Part shown: piece after piece, positions 62,698 to 64,000 of the stretch
Numbering within the stretch: position 1 is the first letter of the stretch
How the letters are laid out: every line of letters begins with the position of its first letter
Source: Escherichia phage vB_EcoM_EP32a
Direction: 5' to 3' (one strand)
DNA: 64,000 nucleotides
Sequence record: OR544954
Translations under genes and position numbers: made by a program
The notes under the pieces: model-generated
What the model saw: the letters and a program-made list of their open reading frames with translations, nothing else
What the model was told of the DNA's origin: nothing
Databases searched by the model: none

Positions 62698-63678
62698 ATG
62701 TTCAACGTTCAAATCAAAAAAGGTATCTATCGTAATAACGAAATCTCTGGTTCTTATGTTGCCACAAAGACCTGGTTCCCGGCAAAGCTTAATCCTGAAT
62801 GTTCCCACTTAGGTGATGGTAAAATTTTCGTTATGATTGATGGTTCTGAACGTGGAGTATGGGTCTTCAAATCAGACATCGTAATGGAAGGAGTTGAGAC
62901 GTCGCCAGTTGCAGTTGTTGAAAGCACTGAAGATATGAAAACTCGTATCAACAAACGCTTTAAAGTAATGAACATGATGACGAATGGCATTATCGATGGC
63001 AAAATTCGTTCACTCATTATTTCAGGTGCAGCTGGTATTGGTAAGACGTATTCTCTGGATAAAGCACTTAATAATGCTAATGATAATGGTTTCATCAAAT
63101 ACAAAAGCATTAATGGTAAAATCTCCGGTATTGGCCTTTACGAACAACTTTGGCTCAACCGTGATGCAGATAGCGTTCTCTTAATCGACGACGTTGATGT
63201 ATTCTCGGATATGGATATCTTAAACCTTCTTAAAGCAGCATTAGATACCGGAGATAAACGCAAAGTTTGTTGGAGCACTGCGTCATCTTATCTCGAGGAT
63301 AAGGGTATTGATAAAGAATTTGAGTTTGAAGGTACTATCGTTTTCATTACAAACGTTGATATCGATAAAGAGTTAGAACGGGGTTCGAAACTTGCTCCAC
63401 ACCTTCAAGCTTTAGTATCTCGTTCAGTGTATCTCGACCTTGGAGTACACTCTAATGAAGAGATTATGGTTCGAGTTGAAGATGTAATATTATCTACTGA
63501 CATGATGCAGAAACGTGGTCTGACGGATGCAGAAACGTATAAAGCATTGTCCTGGATGAAGGCTAACGTATCTCGTCTTCGCAATGTATCATTACGTACG
63601 GCTCTTTATGTAGCAGATTTTATTTCAACCGATAAAGATGGTTGGGAGGAAATCTCGGAAGTTACTTTACTGAAATAA
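62698..63678 (+). CDS. P-loop ATPase (Walker A and B motifs; AAA-like)
   Basis: ORF track starts at 62677; Met at 62698 after the cassette leader; Walker A GAAGIGKT, Walker B VLLIDDVD. Confidence 0.6.
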   Translation: MFNVQIKKGIYRNNEISGSYVATKTWFPAKLNPECSHLGDGKIFVMIDGSERGVWVFKSDIVMEGVETSPVAVVESTEDMKTRINKRFKVMNMMTNGIIDGKIRSLIISGAAGIGKTYSLDKALNNANDNGFIKYKSINGKISGIGLYEQLWLNRDADSVLLIDDVDVFSDMDILNLLKAALDTGDKRKVCWSTASSYLEDKGIDKEFEFEGTIVFITNVDIDKELERGSKLAPHLQALVSRSVYLDLGVHSNEEIMVRVEDVILSTDMMQKRGLTDAETYKALSWMKANVSRLRNVSLRTALYVADFISTDKDGWEEISEVTLLK

Positions 63679-63816
63679 GCTTATAGGAAGTTCTTAGGTA
63701 ACAAAAGCCATAAAGATGAATAATCATATGGCTTACCTCAAAGAAGGACACCAGGAACCTACTGAGGGCATAGAAATATTTAAAATAACGATGTACAAAT
63801 CAAAGAGGATATGTTA

Positions 63817-64000
63817 TGGATTTTATGCAAAAAATTAAAGCCGCAGTCGAACTGTATGCTCATCGTATGGTTAGTTCTACGATGCAATATAGTGAGGAGG
63901 TTCGCCATGACTCTTCCTTGAAAGGAAAAACTAAAGCCTTAATTACCTTAGATCGTTTGCAAAAGAATGCCATAGAGATGCTCCAGTACGACAAGGGTGT
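63817..64000 (+). CDS. hypothetical protein, 5' part (runs off the window end)
   Basis: ATG at 63817 (MDFMQKIKAAVELYAHRMVSS...), open to the end of the window. Confidence 0.4.

Overview
This window is a contiguous segment of a T4-like (T-even, Tequatrovirus-type) myovirus genome. All calls rest on reading the ORF translations and the DNA by eye against remembered T4 proteins; no searches were run. Positions 1-39000 hold the late structural module in T4 order: baseplate hub genes 27(partial)/51/26/25, uvsY/uvsW, inh, hoc, rnlB, then a long minus-strand block 24-23-22-21-68-67-20-19-18-17-16-15-14-13-wac-12-11-10-9-8-7-6-5.4-5.1-5-53, with T4 late-promoter motifs (TATAAATA) upstream of many of these genes. 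Positions 39000-42500 carry genes 4, 2, 3, 1, 57A and 57B on the plus strand. Positions 42500-64000 are the plus-strand early accessory region: internal-protein genes, a reduced tRNA cluster, nudE, lysozyme e, denV, a GrcA-like glycyl-radical cofactor, regB, tk and rI, interspersed with many small ORFs of unknown function. There is no CRISPR array, integrase, transposase or recognisable homing endonuclease. I did not find a classical multi-gene defence operon. The most interesting content is in the accessory region: at least 15 early-promoter/stem-loop cassettes (PeSL-like) placed directly upstream of accessory ORFs, two paralogous small-protein families with conserved C-terminal motifs, four internal-protein genes plus a truncated remnant, a TARG1-like macro-domain protein, and a nucleotidyltransferase-like ORF followed two genes later by a Walker A/B ATPase. 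Coordinates of non-coding motifs were placed by eye and may be off by a few bases.
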